DNA of 64,000 nucleotides from Bilabrum cf. latius (taxonomy: Eukaryota): NCBI GenBank assembly GCA_965178125.1, contig OZ237753.1, positions 248,001 to 312,000 on the forward strand, in the 5' to 3' direction. Of this stretch, positions 1 to 13,200 are shown in pieces; within the stretch, counting starts at the first letter, position 1, and each line of letters begins with the position of its first letter. Below the pieces are notes generated by a model that saw nothing but the letters and a program-made list of their open reading frames with translations, searched no databases and had not been told where the DNA came from. The position numbers were made by a program, and so were the translations under genes.

Positions 1-1
1 G

Positions 2-3000
2 CCGCCACCGCCGCCCCCTTCCCAGCTCGACCTCGAGCGCTCCTTCCACCAGTTTTTTATCCAGGAACGGTCGCGAACCTTCATTGGCAGGGAGGCACTT
101 TTGGATCGGCTGGAACGACACGCGAACGGGGACGCGTCTGGCGAGTCGCTGCCCCTTGTGGTGTCCGGGGTGCCAGGCAGCGGCAAGACGAGCCTAGTGT
201 GTCACTTCGCCAAGCGGTACCAGACGGAGCACCCGACGTGCTTCACACTGATGCACGTCGTGAGTGCATCGCCTACTAGCACCGACATCCGCGAGACGCT
301 GGTCAGGCTCTGCAAGGAACTAGCCCTGCATTTCCAGGAGCTCAACTTTGACGCGGAGGACGAGGAGGCGGAATACGCTGACGTTCGAGAACGTTTCACC
401 GTCCTACTCGCGGAGGCCGGCCAGCAAGCCATCAGGCAGAACTCGCACGTGCTACTGGTAATGGACGCAATCAACCAGCTGAACCCATTCCACAACAGCT
501 ACACAGGGGACTGGTTGCCGGCCTATTCACCTGCTGGCGTGCGCACGATCGTCAGCACAACCCCTGAGGCAGCCATCCTGCAGCACCTGATGCGCCGAGA
601 TCCGCCCCCTCCACAGGTGGAGGTGCCTGCTCTGTCGGTGGAAGAACGCAAAGAAATCGTGGTCAAGTACCTCGCGGTGTTCCGAAAGAGGCTGCTGGCC
701 CAGCAGCTAGACCTAATCATGAAGAAGCGCGACAGTCACAAGCCGCTATACCTGATGACGGTGTCGGAGGAGCTCCGGCTCCAGGCGCAGTACGGGGCCG
801 ATGGGTCCGGTGTAGATGACACTATCCGGCAGTTTCCCGGAAACATCCCCGAGCTTATGAGCGTGGTGCTGGAGCGGGTGGAGCGTGATCTCTCCCAGTG
901 GGCGAGGAGCCTGGATCCAGGCATGCTGGAAGGGTTCGATGCCAGTGCGCGGTCCACGGATGAAGACGTCAAAGCGGAGGCAGAGGCGGAGGTAGAGGGC
1001 AGGAAAGAGGACGATGAGGAGGATGACGAAGACAGCAGCAAGGATAGTGAGGATGAGGGTAAGGAGGCACCAGCTGCTGATGCTAGCGGCGAAGGGCCGG
1101 CCTCTGGCGCCGGCGCAGATGCAGCCACGGACAAGTCGGCATCCCTGGCAACCGTCGCCGCCCGAGTGGGCAAGCACATCGTCAGCGAGGCCCTCTGTTT
1201 GCTCGAGTGCAGCAGGCACGGCCTCCGCGAGTACGAGCTTCTCGAGCTGCTTGCTCCCAAGGGGAGGGAGAGGCTGCCGCCCGTGGTGTGGGCTAGGCTG
1301 TACCGCTCCCTTGAGATCTACCTGCGTCCTGTTGGCGAGGAGGACCAGGGCGGCACCATTGGGTTCTTCCATCTGCAGCTGCCTTTTGCCATTCGAAGGC
1401 GATACTTAGAAGGGGCTACTAGCAAGGAGGCCGCCGTGTGCACGAGGCTGGCTGACTACTTCCAGCGCAAGGCAGATCCCACCGATGACGGCCGCTGGCT
1501 GGGCAACTCCAAGAGGTATGTCAGCGATCTCGTCTTCTACCAGCTGACTTCCCACGATCTTGGCAGGCTCAAGAGCACGCTGGGAGACATTCTGTTCATC
1601 GAGAGAACCGCACAGATGGGTGCCGGTATGATGGAGCGGCTTCTTCGGGACTATAACGAGGTGCAAGAGGTCATTCGAACGCTGCCATACGCGGTGCTCA
1701 AGAGGGCGCTCAGGAACCTCCCGGCGAAGGAGGGCAGCCGGGCGGCCCAGCTCCAGTGGATTGGTGAATAGGGCGTCTTCGTCGCGGCCAACCACTCCAT
1801 CTTCACCGCTGAGCCCCAGCTTACGTTTCAGTCGGCTATCAACTCGCCAACCGCAAGCTATCCTCACAAGGCAGCCGAGGGCCTGCTGAGCGACTAGACT
1901 AGGGCCATTCAGGCGGCTATGGATGTGCGCGAGCGAGACATTGAGAGTACCGCCGCCAAGCTGCTTGAGCCAGCTACCCTGGACCGCCTCGCGATCCTTG
2001 CCAACCGACAGCTGCAGGAACAGCGCGAGGCGCGCGCGGCATCAAAGTCCTCGGGCAGAAGAGGCGTGGCCTTGTCCTCAAGATCGGGCCCACTGCGGAG
2101 GTCTCTAGCGCCTGCTTCTTCCTTTTCGCAAAGGACCCGCAGCGGTAGTCCCTCCAGGCTGCCAAGGGGCACACCGTCCCAGTACGGCAGGAGGCAGATG
2201 CTGGCTGCGGGAGCCAAGGAAGCTGCAAGCAGGTTGAAGCGGTCTGGTACAAGCGTGCCTTCGAATGGCAGCGGTCGGGGCATGGGATCGCAACTGAGGA
2301 GCTTTAGCGGAGGCAGTCGCAACTCGAGGGGTATTGCTGGGGGTTCGATGCTGACCGCTCTCCCTGCAGTCTCTGAAGGCGGGGGCGGAGATGATCGACC
2401 CGTGGACGAGCCCGTGGACCCTGTGATTCGTGAGATGCTTCGCAGGGAAATAGTCAGGCGCAGGGACTGGGACCTGGCCCGAGTGACCCGGTCAATGCGC
2501 GCCGAGCGAGTGCCCCGGCGGTTCTTCCAGTGGCTCAACAAGCCGCAGCGCTCCAGGATCGTTGCCGATTTCGCAGGACTATCCTCCGAGGTGACCTGCC
2601 TAGCCGTGCCTCCGGACGAGTCTGCCAATTCGGTGGCAGTGGCGTTCAAGGACGGCAACATCCAGCAGGTCGACTCGAGCACCGGGGAGATGGTGAAGGA
2701 ACTGGTGGTAGGTGGGCACACAGACGCGGTGCGAACCCTGCAGTACAGCGGCGACTCTATCCGCCTAGTGAGCGGCGGTGACGACCACAAGCTGGTTGTC
2801 TGGGACGTGTCGTCCGGCGTCAGGCTCGACGAGCTCGTGGGTCACGAGGGCGGCGTGACTGCCGCGGTGTGGATCGAGAACTACGGCAGGAAGGGCGCGC
2901 ACGACGACTCGTTCAGCGATATCCGAGACGCCGAAAAAGACGAAAAATCGGGACGGGGCTCCAGGGGAGGAAAAGGTAGCCGCACTGGTACTTCTGCCGT

Positions 3001-6000
3001 ATCTGCGGGAGGAATTGGCACACGGGAGCGGAGGCAACGGAGCACGAAAGGAAGCCGGCACGGCGGCTCTTCTCGGCGGAGGCACAGAATCAGACGCGGT
3101 GCCCGCTCGCTGCTGACCGCTTCTCTCGATGGCGGGCTCATTCTGTGGAGAGAAAAGACATCGCACGGTGCGAGTGGCACGCAGGAGACGACCTACGAGA
3201 GCTCTCCGCAGAAGGACTGGATGCCCTCGCCTGCCATGAGCCTGGCTTTCTCCGAGGTCACTGGCATTGCCGCGGCCGGGCACGCCGACGGATCGGTCCA
3301 GGTGTGGGATGCGAGAGTGCCTGCCCTTGGGCTGATCGATATGGCGACGATTCAGGCGCATCGATTCACGAGTGTCAGCGCGATATCCTTTTCTCCAGAT
3401 GGCAGGCGGATGCTAACCGCCACGATGGACTGCGAGCTGAAGGTGTGGCGGCGGCGCACAAGAGGAGGTGAGGTCGTGTGGGAGGAGAACGCGGCTCGTG
3501 GGGGCTCTTCCAACGCAGGTGGTGGACACAGCGCCTCCATCACAACCGCGTGCTTTTCTCAGGATGGGCACAGGTTCCTCACTGCCGGTCTCGACAAGAA
3601 GGTGATCCTGTGGGACTCGGAGTCGGCACAAGAGCTGACGCAGTTTTCGGGACACTCGGATGCGGTGTACTGCGCAGCCTTCATGTATACGGAGCATGCG
3701 GGTGCGGGGAACGACAAGCAGGGGTCGCGGAGGGAGTCGATCGTGAGCGGGTCCTACGACAAGACCATCAAAGTGTGGGATGCGAGCGCGTCTGAACGAG
3801 AGCTTGAATCAAATGCAGTTATTCGCGTGGTGGGCGAGTCGCAGTTCGGGGATGCCGGCAGGTATTCTGCGCTAGTCGGTGGCCCGCTCAGCCGGGACTC
3901 GGACCACTCAAGATACACAGGCCCTGACAGCGGGGCGGGATCACGGCCTCGGAGAGGCCGGAGATTCAGTTTTTCCGGGCACGCGATCGTGCCAAAGCCC
4001 GGAACCGCATCGTCTGCGGGTGGATCCTCCCCCGGCCAGGCCTCCGGCGACGGTAGCGAGGGGTCTTCCACCTCGGCCGGTAGGGGCCTGATGGGCCGCG
4101 TGATGTCTCGCGTGCAGCAAAGCGCTGCTGCAGGGCGCGTCGGTGGCGCATCTGCTCTTCGCAATGTTGGAAAGTCATCGCGGTCGCTGGCGGCGCAGTA
4201 CGCGCACACCTTTGACCAGGGGTCAGGTAGCTCTGGCCGCCGATCCAAGGGTCCCGTAGGCTCTCACAGCGACAGAGTTACGGCATCGACAGTATCTGAG
4301 GACGGCAGCGTCGCAGTTACTGGATCGGCAGACTGTGAGATAAAGGTGTGGAACCTGCGCGACGGCAGCGAAGCCTGCGTGCTGGTCGGGCACGAGGCCC
4401 CCATATCGGCTTTAACCATGTCGATGACCAAGTCCATGCTCGCGTCTGGGGACGAAGACGGCGTCGTGAATCTGTGGGACGGGAAGTCCTTTGAGCACCT
4501 GATGACGCTGAATGCGTGGTACAAGCTGAACGTGACATGCCTCGCATTTGCGGAGGTGACTGTGATGGACCGGGAGGCCGGCCGTGCAGGTCGCAAGGAC
4601 TTGCTTATCGCCGCGTGCGCAGACGGCAGGTGCAAGGCCTGGGACACGTATACCGGTGCGGAGCACGAGACACCGATCCCGCACGTCTTTGACGGGCCGA
4701 TCGTAGCTATGCGATACCTGGTGGCAGGCTCTGCTGCTCTCCCTGAGACAGCCATGCCAGCGCCTGTCAACTCTGGAATCCTGGAAAGGTCTGTGCTCCC
4801 CACCATCGAGCAGCTCGATGCCAGCGGAATCGGTTCCGCGATTGGGATTGACCCGGCTGACAGCAACGGACCCAGCTCTGTTGGAAACCTGTCTGCGCGC
4901 AGTCGCAATAGCGACCCCCCCACTTCGGCCCGAAGCTCCGCTTCTGGTGCGCAGCCTACCCCTCGCACTGGCGTGTGGGCCTCGATCGGATCTGCCGCTA
5001 ACACGCCGTTTGCGGCTCTTGTCGTGGCTGCTCGCAAGGAGAAGCAAAGGCAGAAACGGCTTCAGGAGAGGGAGCGGGAACGCGCTAACAGCCCGGCGCA
5101 GCAGGCGCACAGGTCGCCCCGTGTGTGGGAAATGTCGGGCCAGAAGCTCAGCAAGGCCATCAAGAACCTCCTGCAGAACCAATTCGTCGAAGACTCAGAT
5201 GGGCTCCTTGGGTCTCTCACTGCCGACAGCGCGCTGGCACAGGCTCTGGCCGAGGAGGGCGTGCTGGCTGTGTCGAGCATCACCAGCATTGAGATCGACC
5301 CAGACCTGGCGGCCGAGCTGGAACGAGGGGAGGTGCAGGGTGGCATTAGGGCCTGGGTCTCCGAAGGTGCCGGCGTGAAGCAGCTGGGCATTGTGGCTGG
5401 TAGTCGGTCGGGCGCCCACCACCAGGGCAGCGGGCAGCTCGCCCTGCAGAACGGTCAGGAGGGCATTGGGGGCGCCCTTGTTCCGGCGGGACCTGACGAC
5501 GAGTCGCAAGCAGCTGCCGCGAAGCGTGCAGAGGCCGCCGGAAAATCTGCTCGCGAGCGCGTCCTCAAAGCCCACGAGGGCAAGCTTACGATCCACATTG
5601 GCAAGGCTGAGAAGCCTTCGAAACAAGGGTCATCCAGCAGCAAGACAAGCGATGGGGCTGGTTCCAGCAGGCGCGGCAGGCGTCGCGGCGGCCTGCCGCC
5701 TTCCATGGCCGGAATGAACGCTTCGTCGCAGTCGATTGCGGGTGGTGCTGCTGCGGGTGGTCGCGCTCGCAGCGGCAGCTCAAGCAAGGGCGGGGATAGG
5801 CACGGGAACGTTCTCGATCGAATGGTATCCTTTGACACGTCGGCAGTGGGGAGCCGCAGAGCCAGCGAGGCTATCGCGCGCAGGCAGAGCTCCATTGTGG
5901 ACCCCACGCAAGCCAAGCGCGTTGCTGCCCACGATGAAGACGAGTGCAGCTTCACGTACGGCACCCTAGATCCGAAGGCGACCGTTGCTGGCATCACGCC

Positions 6001-9000
6001 GATGCACACGCGGGACCGGCTTGCTCTGGTCGGTTCCGATGGCTCGTTTCGCCTGCTTGACCTCAACACGATGGAGATGAGGCACGAGGACAAGTGCCCC
6101 TCCAAGAGCGAGGGCCCGGTGACACACGTGCCGGGCATGGGTGCTGGCGCAAGAGAGGGTCGGTCGCTGTCATTGGCAGCCGCAAGCATCAGCCATGACG
6201 GATCCAGGATTGCCGTTGCTCCCGAGTCCGTCATGGCTGACGCGCCTCTAAGCGTCGGCCCGCTCGCCTCGCTCTACCGCCTGTAGGAAGCCGACGTGGT
6301 TGGCCCGCTGCCAACACGGGTTGGTGATCCTGGTGATGACAAGCAGAGGGGTGTGTCCGCTGCCAGGAAGCAGAGGCACAAGCAGGCTGAGGCTCAGAGG
6401 AGGGCAGCAGCGAGGAGGCAGCGCAAACTGGAGCGGGATGTGGCTCGGCAGCAGGAGCGGATTAGGCGGAAACGAAGGAAGCGGGCGGAGCTTTTGGCGA
6501 AAATCAAGGCGGAGAGAGCCTTGGAGAAGCAGAAGAGGAAGGAAGAGGGCGGCGAGGACGAAGACGAGGATGAAGAGGAAGACGACGACGATCTCATCGC
6601 ATAGTTCGAGATGGACGCGGAGGACGAGGGCGAGGAGAAATCCGGAAGCGCGAGCGAGCACGATTCCGAGTCCTCTGCGGATGAGGAGGAGGACCAGAAG
6701 GACGCCGAAGCAAATGACGCCGAACAGCTGGACGATGAGGCCCGCAAGAGAGTCAGGCACGTGCAAGCAGTCGACTTCGCGCTGGATGGGTCACTGTGTG
6801 CCGTGGGATGCCGAGAGAGGCAAATGGTTGTGCTTGACCCGGCTCGCCCAGAACGTGGCCCATTGGGCCTCTTTATGGCCATGGGTGAAGTGACTACCGT
6901 GTCCATGGGAGAGGGGGTGAGGCCGTGGCACGGCACGGACGACATGTACAGCGAGGAGGCCAGGCTTACCAACCGGCTGTGGGACCTTGTTGGTGATCCT
7001 GAGGTGGCCGTGGGGGCGGGTGATGAAACGGAAGGGGGCGGGCTGGAAGGTGGCACAGCCGGCGATTCTCTGGATATGGACGACCTGGATGTGCACGCTG
7101 GCTTCTCCGGCGATCTGGGTCTGGACTCGAAGGCCAGCTCGAGGAGCGGCCGCCGCGATGTTTCGCCCAAATCGGGCAGGTACCGAGGAGGCAGCGGATC
7201 TCCGAAGAAACCAACGACCGCTTCTAGACCCGGTAGGCGATCTCCAAGGAGCAGGCCTGGGTCCCGCGCGTCCGATAAATCGGCATCTTCGGCCGAGGGA
7301 TCGCAGGGCGGAGGCACAACCCCACGAGCTGACCCCATCCCTGAATCGTTGCGGACTGCAGCGAAGCGGCTGCTGCAGCGCGCACCCGATGGGCGCAAGA
7401 CGATGCGACGGCGCGTTGGCGACGGGATTGGCGGGGTGGGGGTCGTGGTTGTGGGCGATGCGACAGGAGCCGTGTTTGTTCTGAAGCTGCAAGACGTGCT
7501 GCGCACTGCAGAAGCTGAACGGCACCAGCAGCGGCTGTAGCAGGTCAAGAAGGAGCTTGAAGCGCTAGAGAAAAAGAAGAGGGAACAAGAAGAATACGCG
7601 AGAGAGGAGGAGAGGCAGAGGGAGGAGGCCGAATAGCTGCGGATCGAGCGGCGCAAGACGGTCCCAATGCGACTGTTCGAGTTCGGGAACGGTCGCAGGG
7701 CGGTGTCGGCAGAGCCCGACAAGCTACTGACGTCCGACACGAAGGATGGCAGGCGGCTTGTGAGGGAGATCCTGGCGACGCTTGGCCTTGACATTGGACT
7801 CGTCAGAGACGCCCGCGCGACCGAGCTCAGGGCTGCGTGCCCCTTTCACCACCGCAGGCCGCAGCCAGTTCTCACCTTCGGTTAGGCAGTCAAATTGAGA
7901 AGACCGATGACACCGCTGACACCCCGAAGAGATGGACGGACCCAAGTAAGGCTGCCGTCCGTGCCCAGCTTCAGGCCCGGTCTCGAGCCGGGCGCTAGCT
8001 TCATGGCTATGGTCCGCCAGTCGAGTCGCCCTCACATGCAGGCCGGGGGCACAGCAGCCAGCCAGGGCAGGAGGCACACGGCCATGGTCGTCCGCGCAGG
8101 ATCAGAGCGGCGCATCAGCAGTGCCAGAAGCGCAAGACCGGAACAAGCCATGGTGGCGGCAGTGGGCGGAAGCTCTCGCAAGCTCGACATCGATGGCAGC
8201 GCCGCCCACCGCCCGCGGTCCGCAGCAGCATCCAGAAGCTCCCCGAAGTCAAGTGCTAGGCAGGATGGTGCATCGGGAGGAGGCAAGCCACCGACGCACC
8301 GCGACAGACCCACGTCAGCGCGGTCCATCTCTTCCATCCGCAGCCTGGACCTCGACGGCGCCTCTCCAGCGGATATTCGCGCCATGTCGGCAGGCCGGCG
8401 GCGTAGCGAGGCTGCTGGCGGGAAGAAGGGTGGCTCGCAGGACGATCTGACCGAGAAAGATGCAGCGAAGAGGGCGGCAGCTCAGCTTGCTATTCCCGAA
8501 GGCGTCAATCCAGAAGAGCAGCTGCCGCCCCAGGAGGAGGCTCTGCTCGGCGTGGATCCCGATGATTCCGCGCTGCTGACCGATGCCTTTGGGGTGGCTG
8601 ACCGAGACAGGGGCAGGGCGCTCGTGAAGCGCCTCCGGCTTGCCACGAAGCTGATGATGAAGATGTCTCCGCGCAGCTCCACTGGTTCGGGAGCCGGCGG
8701 TGGAAAGGCTGCTTCGGATGCCTCGGTATCGCAGGCGGTGCAGCCTGCCGGGCGGCGTTCTCCCAAGGTTACCGGCGGGTTGTCCTCTGGCTCTTCGAAG
8801 CGGGCTGGGACGGCAGCTGGCGGTCGCTCTGGTACCGCTGATTTATCGTCAAAGGCAGGCAAGGAGCAGTCGTCAAAGGCAGCGAAAGAATCCAAGGACA
8901 CTGACCCAACAGAAGAGGAGAAGGCAGCCCTGGGCGACTTGGATCTCGACGAGGAGATCGACGTGGCGCGGGCGAGATCGAGGTACTTTTGCAGGCCCCG

Positions 9001-10057
9001 CGCACTGTTCTGCGTGTTTGGAGGCGCGTCTGGGCTGCACGATCTGCTGGTGCCTGGCTTGCGAAGCCTGATTAAGAAGGGTGTGGTGACGACAGCCGTG
9101 ATGATGGGCGGCGTGATGCTGACTGGGGGAACTAAGGCTGGCGTGATGGACATGGTGGGCGCAGCGCTGGAGCGAACGGAGGAAGGCCCGCTTCGCGTGA
9201 TCGGGGTGTGTCCGAAAGGCGTGATTTAGCCCCCAAAGATCATATTGCCGGATGGAACCGAAGTGAAGGACGAGGACGATGGCACTGGGACAGGGAAGAA
9301 TAACACCGTCAAGTCGTTCCTGGCGGATTTGGAGCCGCATCACACGAACTTCCTGCTGATTCCGAGCGATGAATGGGGCGGTGAGACCACTAGCATGTAC
9401 GCCGTCATCCAGGTGCTTCGGCTGCATCTTCCGAGCGTTGCTGTGCTTGCAAACGGTGGTGGCATCGCGCAGGTTGAGATCCAGAAAGCGGTCGAAGTGG
9501 GCATGTCAGTCGTGGTGATCGACGGGAGCGGCAGGCTCGCTGACAAAATCGCCAAGTACATCAAGATGAGGGAAGAGTACTACGATAAAGCCATGGGAAG
9601 GGTGCAGAGGAGGGATAGCCGCCGCAGCTTTTCTTCCGCTGCGAGCAGTGGCAGCTCCACCCACCCTTCTGGAGCAGCAGCCGGGACTGGGAAACCGGCC
9701 CTGGACCCGCTTCCTGAGGGTGAGACAGCAGCTTCGGCCTCGCCACGTGACGATGCGGGTGGGGCTGGGGAGCCGCCTGTCTCCTCCCCACAGCATGTGA
9801 CGAAATGGTCGGCCGCCATGGCTGGCGTGTCGGACCCTGGCCTGACGTTCATTCTGGACCACGGGGACATTTTCCTCTTCCCGGTTCACGAATCGCCTGC
9901 AGCGCTGCAGGACTTGCTGTACCAGCTAGTGGTCCGCGACAGGAAGATTCGCCTGCGCCGCTCGTCCAGAGTTGGAAGGCACCCGGAGTCTGATTCGGAC
10001 GACGACGGCAGCGACGGAGCAGCGAGCATGGTTTCGGAGACGTTCGTGGACCTGTGA
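2..10057 (+). CDS. 5'-truncated STAND/NACHT NTPase-WD40-coiled coil-SLOG (LSDAT/TRPM-type) protein, >3,350 aa, read through 8 in-frame TAG codons
   Basis: ORFs 101, 1919, 6296, 6611, 7667, 7895 and 9245 share one frame and are joined only by TAG (1769, 1895, 6284, 6602, 7538, 7634, 7883, 9227); ends TGA 10055-10057. FIGRE, Walker A GVPGSGKT and Walker B LLVMDAINQL (TEP1/NWD-like NACHT); GH...WD repeats; SLOG motifs TGGTKAGVM, LEPHHTNFLL, VIDGSGRLAD. No intron is required. Confidence 0.85.
8990..9560 (+). other. SLOG (LSDAT-like) domain within gene 1
   Basis: LFCVFGGASGL...GGVMLTGGTKAGVMDMVG...VIGVCPKG...DLEPHHTNFLLIPSDEWGGET...VLANGG...VVVIDGSGRLADKIA matches TRPM-type SLOG motifs; the TAG at 9227 lies inside the domain. 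Confidence 0.8.
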
Positions 10058-10291
10058 ATCGGCAAAATCTTCAAATATAGCCTTGCTTTTGAATTATGGG
10101 AGGGTTTTGTTCATTGGAATTTCTTTGATCCCAATTGCGCAGATCCGGCGACGCAGCATCCGGAATGATCTCGCGACCTCGTCTTGCGACCAGTCTGGAT
10201 CAGCCACGCGCAGTCTGCACGCGCCGATTCGATTCGCGCACATCTCTGCCCTATTCTTCCAAATCGTCGCCATAGAACTAGGACAGACACT

Positions 10292-13200
10292 ATGGTTACA
10301 AGTAAATCTTGGACGTCTCGGGTAGGAAAGGCGCTGAGGGACGCCCTGAGCGTACTCTCGCGGGATGCTCCTGTCGAAGGAGCAACGACGTTCCTTCTAG
10401 GGGCATTCTTCACTTTATGCCAGCTTCTAGCGGTTCCTTTTGGGCTTCAGTCATTCCATGGATCCCATGCTATACAGACATTTGAACCGTAAGCTTCTAC
10501 ATTGCATTTGGAAACCAGATCCCGGCAGCGTCAGCACTCTTGCGCTCACGACTCAACATCAGCCCAGCCTTCTTCGGCATATAACACCTATCCAGCGCAT
10601 ACCTTCGCCTGCTGCATACTATAATACTATACGATGATCTTACATCTCGCAGGCTTTTCGAATGGCTTTCGCTGGATCGTGTAGATTAGCTGCTTGGCGA
10701 GCAGGCGTTCTCGCGTGCGCTAGCTGTGGTTGCAGTTTGGGTTTCTCTCTACGTTTTCAGCTACGTTGTCGTCATCCTACAGTTCATGTGGGAACTACCA
10801 CAATCCCCCCTGTTCTTGAGGGCCCTCCGGCTGGTTGGATCCTTGAACTCGACAGTAAGTGCTTGCCCGGTTTGTGCACGTGTCCAACGAACGCATGGCA
10901 TAGCTACCTTCGCCTAAAGAACCAGTCGCCTCCTATCTTTGCCGCAGGTACTCTTTTTACCCGTGTCGGCTCTCCTGCTGCGCTCCATTCGGTGCGGGAA
11001 CTCAGATGAAGGCTCCTGGATGGGCTCCTCCTCGATGGCATGCGGCGGGGGCTCCCACATCACGCTGGTTGTGTTCAACTTCACCCTGCTGGCCATTTTC
11101 TGCGCCATTTCGCTGGTAGTAGCCACTACCGGCGTTGATCGTTCCCCTGTCTCCGCGTCGTGGCAGGCGCGCGTGAACGGGAGGCTGGACGTGGCCGTGC
11201 TCGCAGCCAAGCTGGCCCTCGCCGTGCTCGCCAACGCGCTGTCTTCGCCTGCCTTTGACGCGTCATGGATCGCCGTGCTGGCAACTCTTGGTATTGCGCT
11301 GTCGTGCATGAGTGCCATCTACGTGTATCAGCCGTACGTGCACGCTGAGGCCAATGCGGTTGTGTGTGCTCAATTCGCTGCCTTCGCGTTTGCGACCAGC
11401 TGCGCAGCAGTTGCGCAGGCTGGGGGTTCCCAACAGGACTGGTCAGCAATGACGATCGTTGGCACATGCTTGGCTGCCATACTTGGCTATGTATTAAGCA
11501 CGCAGCGCCACGGTTCAATCTGCTCGTCACCACTGAAAGACCTGTCAGCGATGCACGAGCTGCACATGTGGAGCAGGCACCAGATGCAGATCGCGGCGGG
11601 AATCAGACAGGGTCCCCCATCAACAGCGGGGGGTATCGACTACAGCTCTGAATCTAACGACGTGGCTGATTCACGAGCGACCGATGCACTCGTCACACCT
11701 ACGAACCCCACGACCCGACGGTCGCTTCTAGGGGCTGGCGGCGCGAGCCCTCAAAGCGGTTTCCGGTCCCGGCTGCGGCCTTCTCTTCATCCTCGACTGT
11801 TCGCTCTACACCTGGCCAGGCATGGGTACCGCCTGTTGCAAGAGAGATTCCCGCGGTCACCGACTGCGCTGATCATGTGCTCCATGTTTCACGCCCAGTG
11901 CCAGCCAAGCTTCCGGGCCATGGAGGCGCAGCTGCTGTGCATTGCACTGCAGCAGCAGCCTCCGGTGGACCAGGAGTTTTACATCCGCCAGCGAGTGGCA
12001 GTGTTGAGAGAGAGCATCTCGAGCAGGTCAGGTAGGCAGGCTACCGTAGGGCCCAGTGGATCTGCTACGGGCAGCGCGGGAGGGCCAGCTGTCAATCCCG
12101 GATCCAGTGGCCGGCTGAGCTCCATCGATCGGATCTTGGTGGAGCAGAAATAGCGCGAGATAGCGACGCTACAGATCGAGACCAAGCGCGCCGCACTTCA
12201 GCTCTGGGACGTTGTATAGGACAGGTGCCCCGACCTGGCTCGCCTTCTGCATTCCAGCGTGGAGCTTAACGGAGTCAGCTCCAGACTGCGGTGCCTGTAC
12301 GAAGAAATGATCATATTGCTGCCGTCTAGTGCCACCATGCTGCGGCAGTACGCCGCTTACCTCCAGGAGTCGGGCGGGGAGGGCGCCCAGCGCATCCAGG
12401 AGCTGCTCACGAAGGCAGACAGACTTGAAGAGACCAATTCGAGGAGGAACAAGCGCGTGGAGCGAGCATTCGTGTTCGGCAAAGAGCTGAGTGAGTCCAT
12501 GCAGACCGTGGCGGATGATTCCACGGCAGTAGCCACACTGGCTGGTGGCGTTCATTCCATGGGCACGATCACGAGCGTGTCGCCATCGCTGTGCTCCATG
12601 CTAGGCGTGCAGGCGCATGGGGTGATTGGCCAGAGCTCCGGCATGCTCTTCCCTCCGCCGATGCAGGATGTGCCTGGTGGTGCACTGGCAGAACTCATGA
12701 AATCGTACAACTCAGGGTTTGCAGAACGAGCGCTATGCACCCTGGGCGGGAGCGATGGAGTGCGGGCAAGTCCGGGCAGCAGCCATGCCGTGAACGTAGA
12801 AGGCGCAAGTGGGAGCCAGATGAGCGATAGTTCTGTCCCGTTCCGCATGCTTCAGTCACGAATGCACGGACTGGAACCTCGGCTGGCGTTGGTAGAGCAT
12901 TCAAACGGGGGCGTGCTTCCTGTTCGGATGCAGGTAAGTGAGGCGCCGCCCACTCGCGCAACCGCCGAGCCTCGATTTACCCTGGTGCTGGAGCGCTGTC
13001 CTACGATGGAGAGTTTCTTGATCGCAGATCTGGCGGAGTATCGACTGCTATCGGGGTCATCGTCGGCGCTGGCACTGCTTGGTGTGTCCGCGCCGCAGCT
13101 CAAGGGCACGTCGGTGCTTCTACAGAGCTGCTTGACTAGCCCACGAGGAGCCAAGGCAAGAAAACCCAAGTCGAACAATCGCGTGCTAATGTCAGGCTCG

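Noticed and set aside
1769-1771. TAG = Tyr (WIGE*GVF; also KLSG*E at 60928) or Trp via A-to-I editing
   Set aside because: These columns are variable, whereas the strongly conserved columns, Q-runs and coiled-coil contexts favour Gln. U-to-C editing cannot be excluded from DNA alone.
6394-7794. Long antisense and alternate-frame ORFs (e.g. 6394-7794, 42604-43545, 62231-63064)
   Set aside because: Shadow ORFs of GC-rich coding sequence with no recognisable motifs.
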